Assembly: GCA_051294375.1 (NCBI GenBank)
Contig: CM119271.1
Location: 6,697,632-6,761,631, forward strand
Origin: Paraspadella gotoi
Lineage: Eukaryota > Animalia > Chaetognatha
Reading direction: 5' to 3'
DNA length: 64,000 nt
Part shown: positions 1 through 15,000 of the stretch, piece by piece
Layout: the number at the start of each line of letters is the position of its first letter
Position numbering within the stretch: position 1 is the first letter of the stretch
Position numbers and translations under genes: made by a program
The notes under the pieces: model-generated
The model's database searches: none
Told to the model about the DNA's origin: nothing
What the model saw: the letters and a program-made list of their open reading frames with translations, nothing else

Positions 1-3000
1 GGCAACTGCATATCCCCTTCCTGGTACAACTACCTCCGTTGAGACAAGCCTTTTTGCACTGACGATGCAGTGACGTCTGACACAAGGGTCCATCAAATCC
101 CTCGGGGCACTTGCACCGAGACTGACCAACGCAAGTTCCATTGTTTTTGCACAGACATGGAGAGATTTCGCATTGTGTACCTCTGAAAGATATTGGACAG
201 AGGCAACGAGGGCCATTCTCTTCGCGTTTACATGTGCCTCCGTTCTTGCAATAGTTTTGGCACCTGTCAATGTTGCATCTTTTACCCGTAAATGAGGGTA
301 GGCAATCGCATCTGAGGTCACCGATTTCGTGATGGTCTATACTACAATTCCCGTCATTGTGACAATAATCTTTGCACGCGTCCGTGTCGCACTGTGGGCC
401 AGTCCATCCGGCAAGACATATACATACAGGCTTATTGGAAACGATCTGGCAAACTCCGCCGTTACGACAAAGTCCATGGCAAACGTCCTCTTCACATTTG
501 GGCCCGTTAAATGCGGGCGGACAAGAGCAACGTGGGGTGCCGATTGAGTTGGAAGATTCATCACGCTGACATATTCCGCCGTTGGCACAGAACCACTCCA
601 CACACTGCTCGCAACGAGGACCCTCAAACTTGTTTTGGCAATTGCAGGAGGGCCTATCTTTTTTCACCACGCAGTCACCGCCATTCTTGCAATAATTCTT
701 GCAAGGATTTTTGTTTTTATTTTGACATCGGTGTCCTCCAAATGAAAAGCGACACTTGCAATGAGGCTGGCCCAAAGCGTCAATACTGCACGTACCCCTT
801 TGGTTGCAATAGTTGAGGCACTTCCAATTTTCACACCTCGTCCCGTTGAATCCTGGCTGACAATCGCAGAACACTTGCCGTTCCGGTTGACTTGGCACAC
901 GGCATTGGCCTCCGTTGTGGCAAAGACCGTAACAACGATCATTCTCGCAACGAGGTCCCGAGAAACGGTTTTTACACTTGCACTTGGATCGACCAGACTG
1001 ATCCTTCTGACACGTGCCACCATTTTGGCACGGGTTGTCTTCGCAAGTCAGTCCGTCGGAAACGCAGACAACTACAGTAGAATCCGGCACGGCCCTCTTG
1101 CCCTCAGGGCAATTGCAGGAGGAGCCATTTTTAGCCATGGATATGCATATTTGATCAGGGTCGCAGGTTGAAGGGAGACAATGGTTAATGAGATTCTTGT
1201 TCTGAGAATTTTCCTGAATTAAAATAATGTCGCCGATTTGTGTGAGATTCCGCAACAAGTAAACCGGGAGGCCAAAACCGAATTTGTGCATCTTGAACAA
1301 GTTATGCGTCCTGTCAGTGGTCACGTAGAGATGATCCTCAAACACACGAATGCCAGAAGGTTGATCGCCTCCAAGAGGGAAGCTCTTTACTACTTGGCGT
1401 CCGGTTCCATCGAGAGCAAGACTCTCTATAGTGCGCGCCTTAGGGTCGGCCCAATAAAGCCGACCATTGGGTCGATCTATGGTCAGGTCAGCAGGTCGCA
1501 AGAGACCTTTTTGCACTAAAATTTTCCTGCCCCTTCCGTCTAGGAGGGCGGCCTCTATCTTCGGGAAGTGGCCGAGGTCTATCCAGTACATCCAACCCCC
1601 CTCTGGATCGACGACTATCGATTCGGGTCGCGTCAAGCTTCCACTAACGATTATCTTTTTAAAGCGATTCTTGTCAAAAGTAATTGCTCGAATAGTTCGA
1701 CTGCCGGCCTCCGTCCAATAAACGATCCTGGATACCCAGTCAACGGCAATTCCTCTGGGATCATCCAATCCGCTGACGAGCGTCTGCGTCTCGTCAAAAT
1801 CCGAATCGTCGTGATCGCGACGACGACGTCGATCTCCCTGCATCTCAATCGGACGGGCTTGCTTGGGCGGCGGTATGGGCCGAAAGGAAATGGTCCCGCT
1901 GTGGTGATCCGTCCAAAATAACACGGGCCGATCTGGATCGGACATGTCCACATCGACGGAGGCGATCCGCGTCGACGCGTTCCCCTGAAACAAACGCGAG
2001 TAATACCCTCGGTCAAGGTATTGCGGGTTCAAGTGGCGCAGCTCGTTCTCGTCGGCAATTAAAAGGTAAGGCGGCGGTCCTTGAGCGCGGCAAGTCTTAT
2101 TATAATCTGCGGCCGGAGCTTTATCCAGTTTGATCTCAGCATAATCGGGTGCGCAAAGACAGTAGTAGCTGCCAATTAGGTTGATGCAGCGTTGAGAGCA
2201 TTTCCCGAAAATTTGACATTCGTTGATATCCACGCAGGCCGTTTTGCCGTCATGGGTGAGCCGAAATCCTGGCCGGCACTCGCAGTAAAAGCCACCTTCG
2301 ACGTCGACGCACTTGTGGTGGCAGGCGCCGTCGGCGCAGGTCCCGTTGTCGTTGCAGACGCGCTCGTCCGAATGGTCGGAGCAGTCGGAGAAGAGATCAC
2401 AAACGCGCTCCTTGGAAATGCATTCGCCCTTATGTTCGCACTCCCATTCACCGTTGGCGCAAGAGTGCGGTGGGGGTTCACAGTGACTCTCGTCGGACCC
2501 ATCGTCGCAATGAGAAATGCCGTCGCAGACGCGGGAGTTGGGGACGCACAGGCGCGAATCGCGGCATTGAAAGCGACCGGGGGGACAGCGAAGTTTCTCG
2601 CAGAGGCGCGGAAGTTCATCGCTGTTGTCGCCGCAGTCGTCGTCGCCATCGCAGCGCCACAAATTAGAGATGCAGAGGGTGTTGTTGCAGGTAAACTCGT
2701 GTTCCGAACAATTATGATGGCAGTTGAATTCGTCCGATCCGTCAGTGCAATCTGGCAAAAGAAAAAAAAATACTTCAATGTAAAAAGGGATACATAACGA
2801 AATGAGAAAATAAAATAATGCTGTTTTTCAAAAGTTGCAGAGATGTTTCGACATACATTAATCATAATATAAAAATATCCGCCAGATAAGTGGAAACAAA
2901 ATGTTCCCCGACTATCGGGAGAAAATAGAAGCGTAAATTGAGGAAAGAAAAACAAAAGACACCTGTATCATTATCGCATAACCACTGCTTTGGAATACAG

Positions 3001-6000
3001 AATCCAGTGTTATGGCATTTAAATTGCGAGTCTTTGCAAGTCGCCTCGCAGTCTTTTTCGTCGCTACCGTCGAGGCAATTACGTTCGCCGTCGCACTGCC
3101 ACGAGCCCTGAATTGTTTAAATAGGCAGAAAACTAAATTTAATAATATCATTTATCAACCTTCTCGTTTTGCTTTCTTATTGATTTACATCAAGATAAAA
3201 TAAATTAAATGAATGGGTAATTTTTATATTGTTGTACCAATTTCATAAAATAAAATATTAAAATAAACAACAATAAGGTTGACGCTTACCTGAATGCATC
3301 GGCCGTCGGTGCAACGGAACTCGCTTTCGCTGCAATTTCGAGGAACGCATTCATCCTCGTCCGAGTTGTCGCGACAATCGTCCTGTGAAAAAAAAAAATT
3401 ATTATTATTATTATTATTTTTAATATTATATTTTTATTTTTATTATTATCATTGTCGGGAAAAAACTTTCATGAAGATTCATCATCGGACTTTTATTCAT
3501 ATTTATTCATTGACAAGTAAAACGTCAACGTTATAATTATCATTTCCCGTGCGATCAGTTTGACTCACGTCATAGTCGCAGTGCCAGCGACCGGGAATGC
3601 ATCTGTTGTTCCTGCACTTGAAGTAAGTCTCTTCACAGGAGACTTCGGAGCACTGGTCCTTCGGTTCGTCGCTCCCGTCACCGCAGTCGTCGTCACCGTC
3701 GCAGCGCCACGACTCGGGGATGCACTGAAATTTTTTTTCAACTGTTAGGGGGCGAATCCCGAGTACCGCTAACGGATAATGATGAGTGTGGGCTGACACG
3801 ACACGACACGACAACAAATTAATGAGACGACTTGCGAAAAATATTAAAGAAAAAAAAACCTCAGCTTTCTTACCTTGCCAGTAGTGTTACACTTCATATA
3901 ATTTTCGGGACAATTGGCGTCTTTGCAGTTTTCTGGTTCGTCGGATCCGTCACCGCAATCTACAAAAAGAGTCAAATCGATAATATTAATGTAGAAATAA
4001 CGTTTTAAATTCAAATAAGTAGGACCAGAAAAAAAAAGGAATTATAATGATGACAAACCATTGTCGCCGTCGCAATTCCAGACGTAGGGAATGCACCGTC
4101 CGTTGTTACAGGGAAACTGACTGGTATCGCAAGAGGGAGGGTCGCAGTTGTCTTCGTCCTCTCCATGTTCACACTGCGTTTTGTTATCGCAGCGCCAAGA
4201 GTCGGGAATGCACTTGGGATTTTGATCCCGAACGCATTTGAACTGAAACATTAAATAGAATCCGATGGTTTAGTGCGGTTTACCGAAATATAAATTTTAA
4301 TCTTAATTTTTGTTATTCAGAAAATAAATATAGTAGATAAATACAAACTTTTCTCACATCGTTCTCTTTGCAAATCACATTCACAACAAAAATCCTTGAA
4401 CATAGATATTAGAAAATAAAATGGCTCGTAACTTTTTGTTAGTTACAATACCTCCGTCAGGATAATGTCAAATATTCAACAGTTACCGGATATTAAAAGA
4501 GAAAAAATTCAGCCTTTATTATTGGGTTAATCATTTAGAATTGAGAAAAAACGATTTTTTGTTTGTTTGGAAGACAACAACGCCCATTTTTATTTTTCTT
4601 GACAGAAAAATGAACGGGCATGTTTCGACAATAATGTTGGCCTTTATCAGAGAAAATTGGTGATAAAGAAGAAACTTCTAATTACTTCTTTATTATCAAT
4701 TTGCTCTGATAAAGGCAAACATTATTGACGGAAAAAATTGTTGTTGTTGTTGTTGTTATGCAAATAAAATTAAAAAAATCGTTTTCCTCGCTTACAAATT
4801 CAAATGCAACGAAAAGAGAGTAAAACAATGTCTCTCTTTACCTGAAAACGTGTTTATAATATATATGTCTATTTTTCACTTGCACCTCATAGAAAAACGA
4901 ATAATAAAACATCTTCAGTTTGTTCCCTCTCAATTTACGCTCTCGGTCTAACCTGATTATTCATGCAGGCGTAAGAATCACAGTTTTCCTCGTCCGATTG
5001 ATCTCTGCACTGAGAAACACCGTCGCAAATCTGTGTGGGTACAATACATTTAAGTGCGTCGTGGCACTGAAAGAGTCCTGGCGCGTGACATAGGTACGGG
5101 GTGCAGTTGGGCGGCTCGTCGGAATTATCGCCGCAGTCGTTCTGATTGTCACACTTCCACCAAAACGGGATACACTTGTAAGTATCTCGACAAACGAACT
5201 GAGAGGCCGTGCAGTTTGGAAGACAAGTCTTTTTGTCGGTAGCCAAGTAAAAGTTTTCCGGGCAAGCGCAAGTCCTCTTCCCGTCGGGTGAAAGTAGGCA
5301 AAGGTTGGTACAACCGCCATTATTCTCGCAAGGATTGGGTTTGTTGAGTGGCTTTTGTCTGCTGCTGTGTAGGACTTGGAGATCCATTGGCCTATGGATC
5401 ATGGTGGTAACGGTGAGGCGGCTCGTGCCGTGATATTTGTGCGCCCGCACGACGGCTTTCAGTTCCCAGTCGGACCAATAGATGTAATCCTCGAACATCG
5501 TGAGAGCGAAAACGTGGGGCAATTCGGTAGCGAGAACGATCTTCTGGTGGCGTCCCTCCAAGTCCGACATCTTGAGATAGTCTTCACGAGCATCCCCCCA
5601 GAACAGATTCTTAGTCACGTAGCAAATGGTGAGGGCGTTGGGCCATCCCACCGAGCTTGTCACAATGTTGCTTCGGTTGGTTCCATCCTACACAATTTAA
5701 AAAGAACAATAAAACAACTTCTCTTCTCGCTGAGAATCTCAGCTCACAACATTTCTCAGAAATACCCACCATGCCGATTTTCCCGATGTACGGTTTGTCC
5801 CCCCAGTCCGTCCAATACAGATAACCGCGATAAGGATCCAACACAATGGCCCGTGGTTCCCTTAGATCCGAATTGACGAGAACTTTCCGAAAGTTTCCGT
5901 CCAGCCTAGAAACCTCGATTGAATCAGTTCCTTTGTCGCACCAGTACAGATTGCGACCGATCCAATCCACAGCTGAAAAAATAAACGCACAAAAAAAAAA

Positions 6001-9000
6001 CCACATCTTATTCATGATTATTTATGATGTTGGACCAACTTTTGCTAATGATAATATATTTTTATTATATATATATCATTTTTCGGTAAAGGTTTTTAAT
6101 TTTTAACATAATTAATTCGAATGATAAAGTTTCATACGTAATTTTTCAAATATTGATCGAGCGGTACGTAATGTTAAGCTGCAAGTTAAAAGTAACGGTA
6201 ACCAAAAACTAACTCACCAAGCCCGTCGGGATTTTTTACGGTGAGTTCGTGGAGTATTTCTTTGGTCTTGAGATTCTCAGTGACGTTCCCACTGTAACTC
6301 ATTCGAGAAATGGTGGAGGCAGTGGAGGTTACATCCGACCAATAGATCATTTCTTCATGATAATCGAAATCCAGAGCCACAGCGTTGGTCAAGTCGCGGG
6401 CCACGAGTTTAGGATTCTAAAGATAGAGCCAAACTTCGTCAATGGGGTGGGTCAGAAGTTTGATTTGGGAACCTTTCCAAATGAAACTTCATACATTTCT
6501 GAGAAAACTTTCAATGGAGCAAAATTTTGTAAAATGGCAAGAAGCATTAGTAATTAATTTTTTAATATTTATTTATAGATAGGAAATGTCAAAAAAATTT
6601 TTTTGATTTTTTTATTTTTAAAAGCAGATTCAAATAGCTTATAAAAAGTTATCTACACAAAGTATAATTCTTTTTTCAATATTTTGATGATAAGTGGGTT
6701 AAAATTGAGAAAAACCTTAAAAAATCATCATCATCATCATCATCCGATAATTTTAGCAGTTTTTACTAATTTTTAGTAATAAAACATCAAAATTTTAGAA
6801 AGTTGTAATTATATTTTTTGCTTAACTTTTTAAGCTCTATCAGAATCAATTAAAAAAACTTAAAATATCCAAAAAAAATTTTTAACATTATATAGCAATA
6901 TAATAATATTAATTAGCGAATTAGTTCGGAACATTTTTGCAAAAAAATATTTTAACACAATAATTAATACCAATAATGGATTAGTTTAATGCTGTTCCCA
7001 TTGAAATCTGAATTTGGTCGGCTACCGCTACTAAAGACGTTGAAAATCAAAGAAAAGAGCAAAAAAGAAAAGGATCGACGTGGATAAGATTCCTCGTCTG
7101 ATTTGATGGCATAAACAACTTCGATAATTGGCAGATGAACCAGACTCACGTTTCCTTCCAGAGATATGGATCGAATGTAATAACGGTTGGAGACGAGAAG
7201 TCGAGGTTTTACTCCGTCCGTTTCGGTGACGATGCATCTTCGTTTGTCGAACTCGAGTCGAAAACCGTGGCCGCAGTAGCACTTGAACGAGCCAGGCGTA
7301 TTGATGCAATATTGAGAGCACGGCAGGTTTTCGCACTCGTTTATATCTGGTTAAAATTAGTAATTTAGTAAATTAGTAAAATAAATATTAATTCTTTAAT
7401 TTTAATTTAATCAAATCTACATAAAGACAGATATAAACTAACTAAACCATCTTCTAGTGGCTCCTCAGCTATTGTAACCATATGAAATTTCACTCTCTTA
7501 CATCATTTAATGGAGAGACATAAGAGGAATGAGAAGGAGGCTGAAAAGGAGAAATCCCAGTAATCCCACGAGCAAGAATTCGTTCAAAACTAGAAAACAT
7601 TTCTGCCATTTTCTGTTGAAATAAACCTCGCTTATAAACAATAAAACGTTTTCCGTACTTATCTCAAACGCAAAGAAAAGAAAGAAATAAAAGAATTGTA
7701 TTGATAAAACGCCATGCATTAATACAAACTTACCTTCACAAGAGACCGAGTCGTTTTTCAACTTAAACCCGGTTTTGCAATGACAAGAGAATCCGACAAC
7801 TTCGTCTTTACAGATGTGATCGCAAGGATGAGATCCTTGACATTCGTCCACATTACAGTCGTGCTCGTCGGAAAAATCGGGACAATCGTTGATGCCGTTG
7901 CAAAGAAGTTTCCGCGGAATGCAGAGATCGTTGGACTCGCACTTAAAGTTGTCGGCACTGCCGCAGACCTGGGCGGTGGCGCTCGGCGAGGCGGTGGTAG
8001 GACAGTGGACTGGATCTTCGTCGCTGCCGTCCTGACAATCTTCTATACCGTTGCATTTGTGAGAGTTGGGTATGCAACGACCGCCCTTGCACTGAAACTG
8101 ATCTTTGCTGCACGATTGGTAGGTGCAAGTGTCGGGTTCATCGGATTTGTCGCCGCAGTCGTCGTCACGGTCGCAGTAGAACGACATCCGGATGCAATGA
8201 TAGTTGGCGCACTGGTACTCGTCAGGTTGGCAGGCCAGAGGAGTGCACCCTTGCTCGGGATGCTCGTCGCTGGCGCGTTCGTCGCCGCAATCTAAGATTG
8301 AAATTAAACTTGTTACTATAATTTCAATACTAAAATAAATTTTTTTTGCAATCGAAGCTAACTAACCGTTGTCGCCGTCACATAGCCAGGTAGTCGGGAT
8401 GCATCGGCCAGTATTGTTACATTTAAACTCGTTTGTTTTGCACTGACGATGTCGACATCTGTCGTGTTCGTCAGATTTGTCATCGCAATCCGCGGCTCCA
8501 TCGCATGCCCACGACGCCGGAATACAGTGACTGTTATTGCAGGTGAATTGATTGGTGGCACAAGTGTAGGTGCAATTCTTTTCGTCAGACATGTCTCCAC
8601 AATCTGGAAAAGATTTTTAAACATTTTTAAAGTACATCTTTTATTTTTCTTTTCCCAAAATTTTACTTTCTGTGAACTACCAAAAGGAACGAAGGGAATT
8701 AATTACGATACCCGACCATATTGTTCGACGTTTTTTCATTCATTTTAAATAATTTTTACTTAACTTTTCATTAATTAGTTAAGATATGATATATATATTA
8801 GGCCGGAACAGGTTGAAAACTAGAAGTTCTCTCAAATAAATAATGGTTAAGTGACTGTTAGAGAATATGAAAATGAAAATAATTTTTAAAATTTAGTTTA
8901 TTGATAAGCGCACGGAAGCATTTAAAGATTATTTTATAACTATATAAATTTTAAAATTTTTTTTGGAATTTTTCAATTTTTTTTAATAGATTTTGATAGA

Positions 9001-12000
9001 GCTTTAAAAAACTATAAAATTCAGCCAATGATGATGATGATTTTTTAAGGTATTTTCTATTTTTAACCAATTTATTGTCAAAAATTGAAAAAATTGTAGT
9101 ACTAACTTTCATTTAACTTTTCAAGCTCTATAGAAATCCATTTTTAAAAAATAAAATTAAAAAAAAATTTTGTCATTTGTTAAATATTATATATATTAAG
9201 TATATATATTAAGTGCAACAACCCAATGAACTAATTCAAAAAGTTTCATTGAAAATCGATTTAGTACTAATAGTCTAATACTAATAGTAGTAGAAGGAAA
9301 AAAATTTTTTTTTTTTGGAGAAAACTAGAAGTTATAAAAAAGTGTTCAATTTTGGCCTGCCTTATTGTGTACCCCCATTGTTCTCAGGAGAACAAGGTCA
9401 AGGATTTATGCATTTAAATAAAATCCGAATCACTCACCATTGTCCCTGTCGCAACGCCAATTATTCGGAATGCATTTGGTATTAGCGCATCGGAATCCGC
9501 CAGAATCGCAGGTGGAAATGGTTTGAGACGGGCAATCGATCTCGTCGGAATTGTCCCAACAGTCGTTTTGTCCGTCGCAAATCCAAACCGGAAGGATGCA
9601 ATTCGTAGTCGTGTTGCAGGGTACGAAACCGTAGTCGGGGAGATTCGCCACTGGAATAACCGGACCCGCGACGACGGGTGGCCCGTGGCCAGACCCAGCT
9701 CGGCCCTCCCGTCCGCGACGAGCCGTCGCCACGTCGGAAGAATTACAATTGACGGACGGGCAGTCCATCTCGTCCGAAGCGTCGGGACAATCCCAAAGGC
9801 GATTGCAGCGAAAGGTGGCGTCGACGCACATCCCCTGTCGACATTTGAACTCGGTTCCTTCCTCGCAAGTGCAGTTGGCTTCGTCAGAGTGATCGCCGCA
9901 GTCGTTCTTCCGGTCGCAGAGGCGCGACACTGTGACGCAGCGATTCGTCGTGACGCAAGAAAAAAATCCCGATGGACAAACGCGCGTGGCACAAAAAGTG
10001 GGATCCTCATCACTTTTATCGTGACACTGTGATTCGCCATCGCAGGTCAGCGAGTAAGGGAGACAAGAGCCTTCGCGACACTCGAATTCGTCGGCGCCGC
10101 AGGTGACGTTGAGGCGATCAACGCACCTCTTACCCTTTTCTCCATCGGCCGAGACTTCGAGCAGGCGGCCTTCCCAGCAGCGGCACTCCACTTCACCCGC
10201 TGGAGTAACGGAGCACTTGTCAGAGCAGCCGCCATTGATCTCCAGACAGGGGTTGACGCTGCAGTCATCGGCGTCGCTCGCCACGGCCACGATACCCATC
10301 GGCTGACGCATGAGGTTTTTGGACAAAAAGGTCACGTCTCCGCCAGTGAACTTATTCACGCGGACAACGGCACGGAGAATCCAGTCGGTCCAGTAGATAA
10401 AGTCGCCGTAAACGGCGAGGCCGAATGGATGCTTGGGCTTGTCTCGCAAAACCACTTCCCGCTCTCGCCCGTCCAACTGGCACCGCTCAATCTTGTCCAG
10501 CCGGGCGTCCGACCAGTACAGCTTCTGCGCTCCGTGATCGATGGCCAATCCGTTGGGGACACCGACACGGTCGACGATGATGCTCTCCACCTTCCAGCCC
10601 GTCAAATAGGCCCGTTGAATAGAAGGTTGGCGTTCGTTCCAGTTGGTCCAATACATTCGAGATTCGCAACTGTCGATGGCGATGGCGCGGGGATGATCCT
10701 CCGATTGAAGGCGAACCACCTGAGTCGGTTCCGGAACATTATCCAGATCCTTGATTATCAGTCTGTAGATGGACGAGTGGGAGTAGGATGTCCAATAAAG
10801 TTCGCGCACGGAGGGCTCAAAGGCGATGCCCTCGACGCTTCCGACCTCCTTCTTCAGAGTTCTCAAATCGGTGCCGTTGAAGAAGACTGTTTGAATGTCG
10901 TGACGGTGGACGTCGCTGAAGAAAAGACGAGAGGCGTTGTAGTCGACCGCGAGCGCGATAACGTTGCGCATCGTCGACGACACGATCGGCTCCTTGGGGC
11001 TGTTCCGGTTCAACTCGGCGAACATGTGTAGCGAATCGATTTTAGTTGCCTTGGAGTACAGCAGGAAAGAGTCGAAATCTTCGCAGCGCCGCCCATCGGC
11101 CGACATCTTGCCGTGGGCGCAGTAGCAAGTCCCTTCCGTATCATTCGACAACAGGCAGAGCTCTCCGCAACCGCCATAACCGTTGTCTCGGCCGCACGGA
11201 GAGTTGGCCATCGCTGGTTGTCGGGCCAACCCGTAAAACTTTACGTCCTTGAGAGCGGGGCCAAGATCAGACTTAATAGTCGCGAATTCTTTTCCAGTTG
11301 CGCGGTGGACTCGCTTGATGCTCGAGTTGCCAGTGTTGCCCGCGTTTGAATCCGCCCAGTAGATAAATTCCCCAAAATTTGTAATCGCGAATGGGTCGAG
11401 GAGGGCCTCCGGGTCGGACAAAATCGTTCGTCGATCCTGGCCATTAAAATTGACCATCTCGATAGAGCGGGCGCGAGAGTCGACCCAATACAGTAGATCG
11501 AGTTCCATGTCGATCGTCATTGCGAAGGGATAGATACGCGATTCGTCGGTGGAATTGACAATCACCGAACGATCGGACCCGTCAAGGGCGGCGCGTTCGA
11601 TTTTGGGCGTGGCACCAAGGTCCGACCAAAACATGAGACCACGGTGGGGCGCGACGACGATGGCGCGCGGAGATTCCATATCGCCACTGACGACCACGTA
11701 GCGATGGCTCCCGTTCAGATGCGCTACTTCAACGACGTCGAGGTTGTTGTCGGTCCAATAGATATGCCCGGCGACCCAATCTTTTATCCAGAAAGAAAAA
11801 AATTTGAATGAAAATATAAAAAAAATATTAAAGGGAATAGTAACTGTTCCCTACCTATGGCCAAGCCAGTCACCATTCCGATTCCGTCGTTGATGACGGT
11901 TTCCCTCTGAGTCAAATCTCGTTTTATGCGGTTTATTTCTACGGCGTCGCGATCGACCCAGTAAATGTAATCCTCGGCTGCGGGGAGAGAATATAATTCA

Positions 12001-15000
12001 AAATGGCGAGTCCTGGACTTGAATCTGTTTATAATTATTAAAATATTAATTCTCTTATTTAAAATTATCTAATAATCTCTGCTTATTTGAAATACCTCGA
12101 AAAAGGATTACAAAAAAATATAAATGGTCTCGTAAATTCCAAAAAGAATTTTTAATCATTTTAATAATCTTTTTCATCTAACAATGAGATTACTAAAATA
12201 TTAATTAACTGTTATATAGTTATAGTTATATAGTTATAGAGTACAATAAGTATTCCCCGATCTAATACTTAAGGGAGTGGTCTTTTCATACAATTGAAAC
12301 ATAAGAGTGATGGAGGCCTTAAACCACCAAAGCCTGTCCAAAGTCAGGGGCAAGATAGCTTATTTATTAAATGAATGGATAATTTTTATATTGGTTGTAC
12401 CAATTTCATAATATATATAAAAAACGCAAAGTTAGTATAATTTTTTTTAAATGTTTATTTGACCTTAAATTATATAGAAGTGACTATTAATAATTAATTT
12501 ACCTGCGTAAAAGTCGATGGTTACGGCCATTTTGATGTGAGAAATCGTAGCGAGGGACGGCGTAGGTTCCGCGACTCCTGGAGAGCCTCCGTCGCTGTCG
12601 ACGGCGATACCTCGAATCTCAGTATCGATGGAGTACATCAAGAACGACGTAATCCCTTGACAAGTGGAATCGTCTGATAAAGAAGAAAGAAATGGATATA
12701 AATTTATTAAAAAAGCTTCTCAAGGTAGAAAAAAGAATTTTCCCTCGCTCACCATCGTTCAACTTGTATCCGCTTGTGCATTTACAAGTCCTTGTTGTCT
12801 CCGACACTGTTAGGCAGAGTTGCGAGCAGTTCCCGTTGTTATGGAGGCAAGCTGAATTGGGCGCGTCCGTCTTATCTCGAAGAGACCGATCGAATACTAT
12901 CATCGACATCACGTTGGCCGTGTTTTCTCTTATGACCGAAGATTCGATAACCGGCCCTTTTCCTTCATCGTCAACCGGAAGGGCGGCGTTGCGCAGGTTG
13001 ACGATCTTCTTCGTCGTTAACGAAGAGTAGAGAATGTCTGGGCCGCGCAGCGCCAAGGCAAAGGGATAATCCAGTGTAGCGTCGACGAGGCGAACGCGAG
13101 ATCCGTCGAGATCGCACGAGGCGATAGTGTTTGAGTCGCGATTGACCCAAAAGAGTCGGTCGGCGACGGTATCGACGGCCAGACTGACGGGGAATCGCAC
13201 GGAGCTGACTTCCGCATTTTTGGCAAATCGATCGGAGAGAATAAATCGGTCGCTCCCGTCCATGTCCGCCGCTTCGATCCGGTGGTCGTCCACAGAGACT
13301 CCGTGGTCTGCCCAGAACAGCTTGCCCTTGTAAGGATGGAGAGCGATGGACATTGGCCTGACGATGTTAGAGTCGACGACGGTGACGCGGAAGGCGCCGT
13401 CTAATTTTGCCACTTGAATCTTTGACTCCGTATAAACGGGAGAGCGGTGCGAGAATGTCGGTGTCTCTGTTGCGGCGTTTCCGGTGCGGCTGACGATATC
13501 CTCGCGGGCGCTGTCGCTTTCATCTTTAAACGAAGAGAAGAACATGTTGCGGCCGACCCAGTCGATGGCGAAACCGTAAGGGTTTGGGATTCCCGAGTCA
13601 ATGATGGGGCGAACACCAGACCCGTTGAGGAAGGCACGGTTAATAACCTTTTGCCGTAAATCCGTCCAATAGATAAAACCTTGTTTAGCGTCAAAATCGA
13701 CTGTGGAGGCGTTCTGCACCTTCGACACAGTGATGGATGGTATAAAGTTTTTCTCCGGTTCATCCAGGTTGATGCCACGAATCTCGCTCTGCCGACTTAG
13801 CAAAAGTGAGACACGGTGATCAACGCACGTGACGCCGTCGTCGAGCATTTTGGACAAGTGGGGGCATTTACATTCAAACCCGCCTTTAAAGGTCAACAGG
13901 CAGAGGTGGGAGCAACGTGCCTTGTTGCAAGGGTTGGTTGAGTTGGGTTGCCGTGCAGGGTGAAATATTTGAATGTCGAAAGGTTGCGCCCTTGTAGTGG
14001 TCCACACAACATGGACGTCGGAACCGTTCCACTTGTTGGCTCGAAGCAACCAGTTCATGTGCCAGTCTGTCCAGTAGACGTGATTGCCGAAGAGAGAAAT
14101 GGCGAAAGGATGCATTAGGTAATCATGTCCGCGAAGAATTTCGTGGTGGTCATCACCCATGTAGTCGACGGCGTGGATAGAATCGGAGCGAGCATCAATC
14201 CAGTAGAGGCGTCGGTTGTCGTAATCGAGGGTTAGACCGTTGGGCCACCCGCCCTCTGTCACATCCTCTCCCACGTCAAAGACGACGCGGCGCCCGGCGC
14301 CCGAGAGGCTGCAGCTCTCGATGCGCGGGTTGGTCGAGTCCCAGTCAGTCCAAAAGAGCATGCCGACGGCAGGGTCCAGAACGATGGCTCGAGGAGATTC
14401 CATGTTACCAGCGACGAGGGTAGCCCGCATGGACCCGTCCAATCTGGCTACTTCTATTTGATCCAAGTTGCTTTCAACCCAATAGAGATTCTCACCGATC
14501 CAGTCTACGGCGAGGCCTTCGGGAGTGGCTAAACCAGTAGAGATGATAGGCTCGATGTTGAGAAGTGAATTTGAATTGAGCCAGCCACGGTAGACTTTAT
14601 CATCGACGACATCGGTCCAAAAAATGAGCCTTTTCTCATAATGAAAATCGATGGCGATGGGATTCCTGAGTCCCGAAGCGAGAGAAGAATAAACTGGACC
14701 ATCCAAGTCAATCTTTGAAATATCGTGTCGAATGGAAAATACAATTGAAAGGGGAGTATTGATTTTGGGCTTGCAGGTAAAACCATCGCTTTCCAACGAG
14801 AATCCGTCCAAGCAGGTACATTTGTAGTGATGGTCGTTGTAGCCATAAACGTTTTCACATTTTTGAGAACAAATGCCCCATTCTTCGCAAGGAATTTTCT
14901 TGAGACAAGTGTGCTCATCGTCGCTAATTTTCATGTTCTCCGGACAAGAACAAACGTAACCGGGTTCCCAAGGAACGTTGCTGCAGTTGTGAGAACAAAC

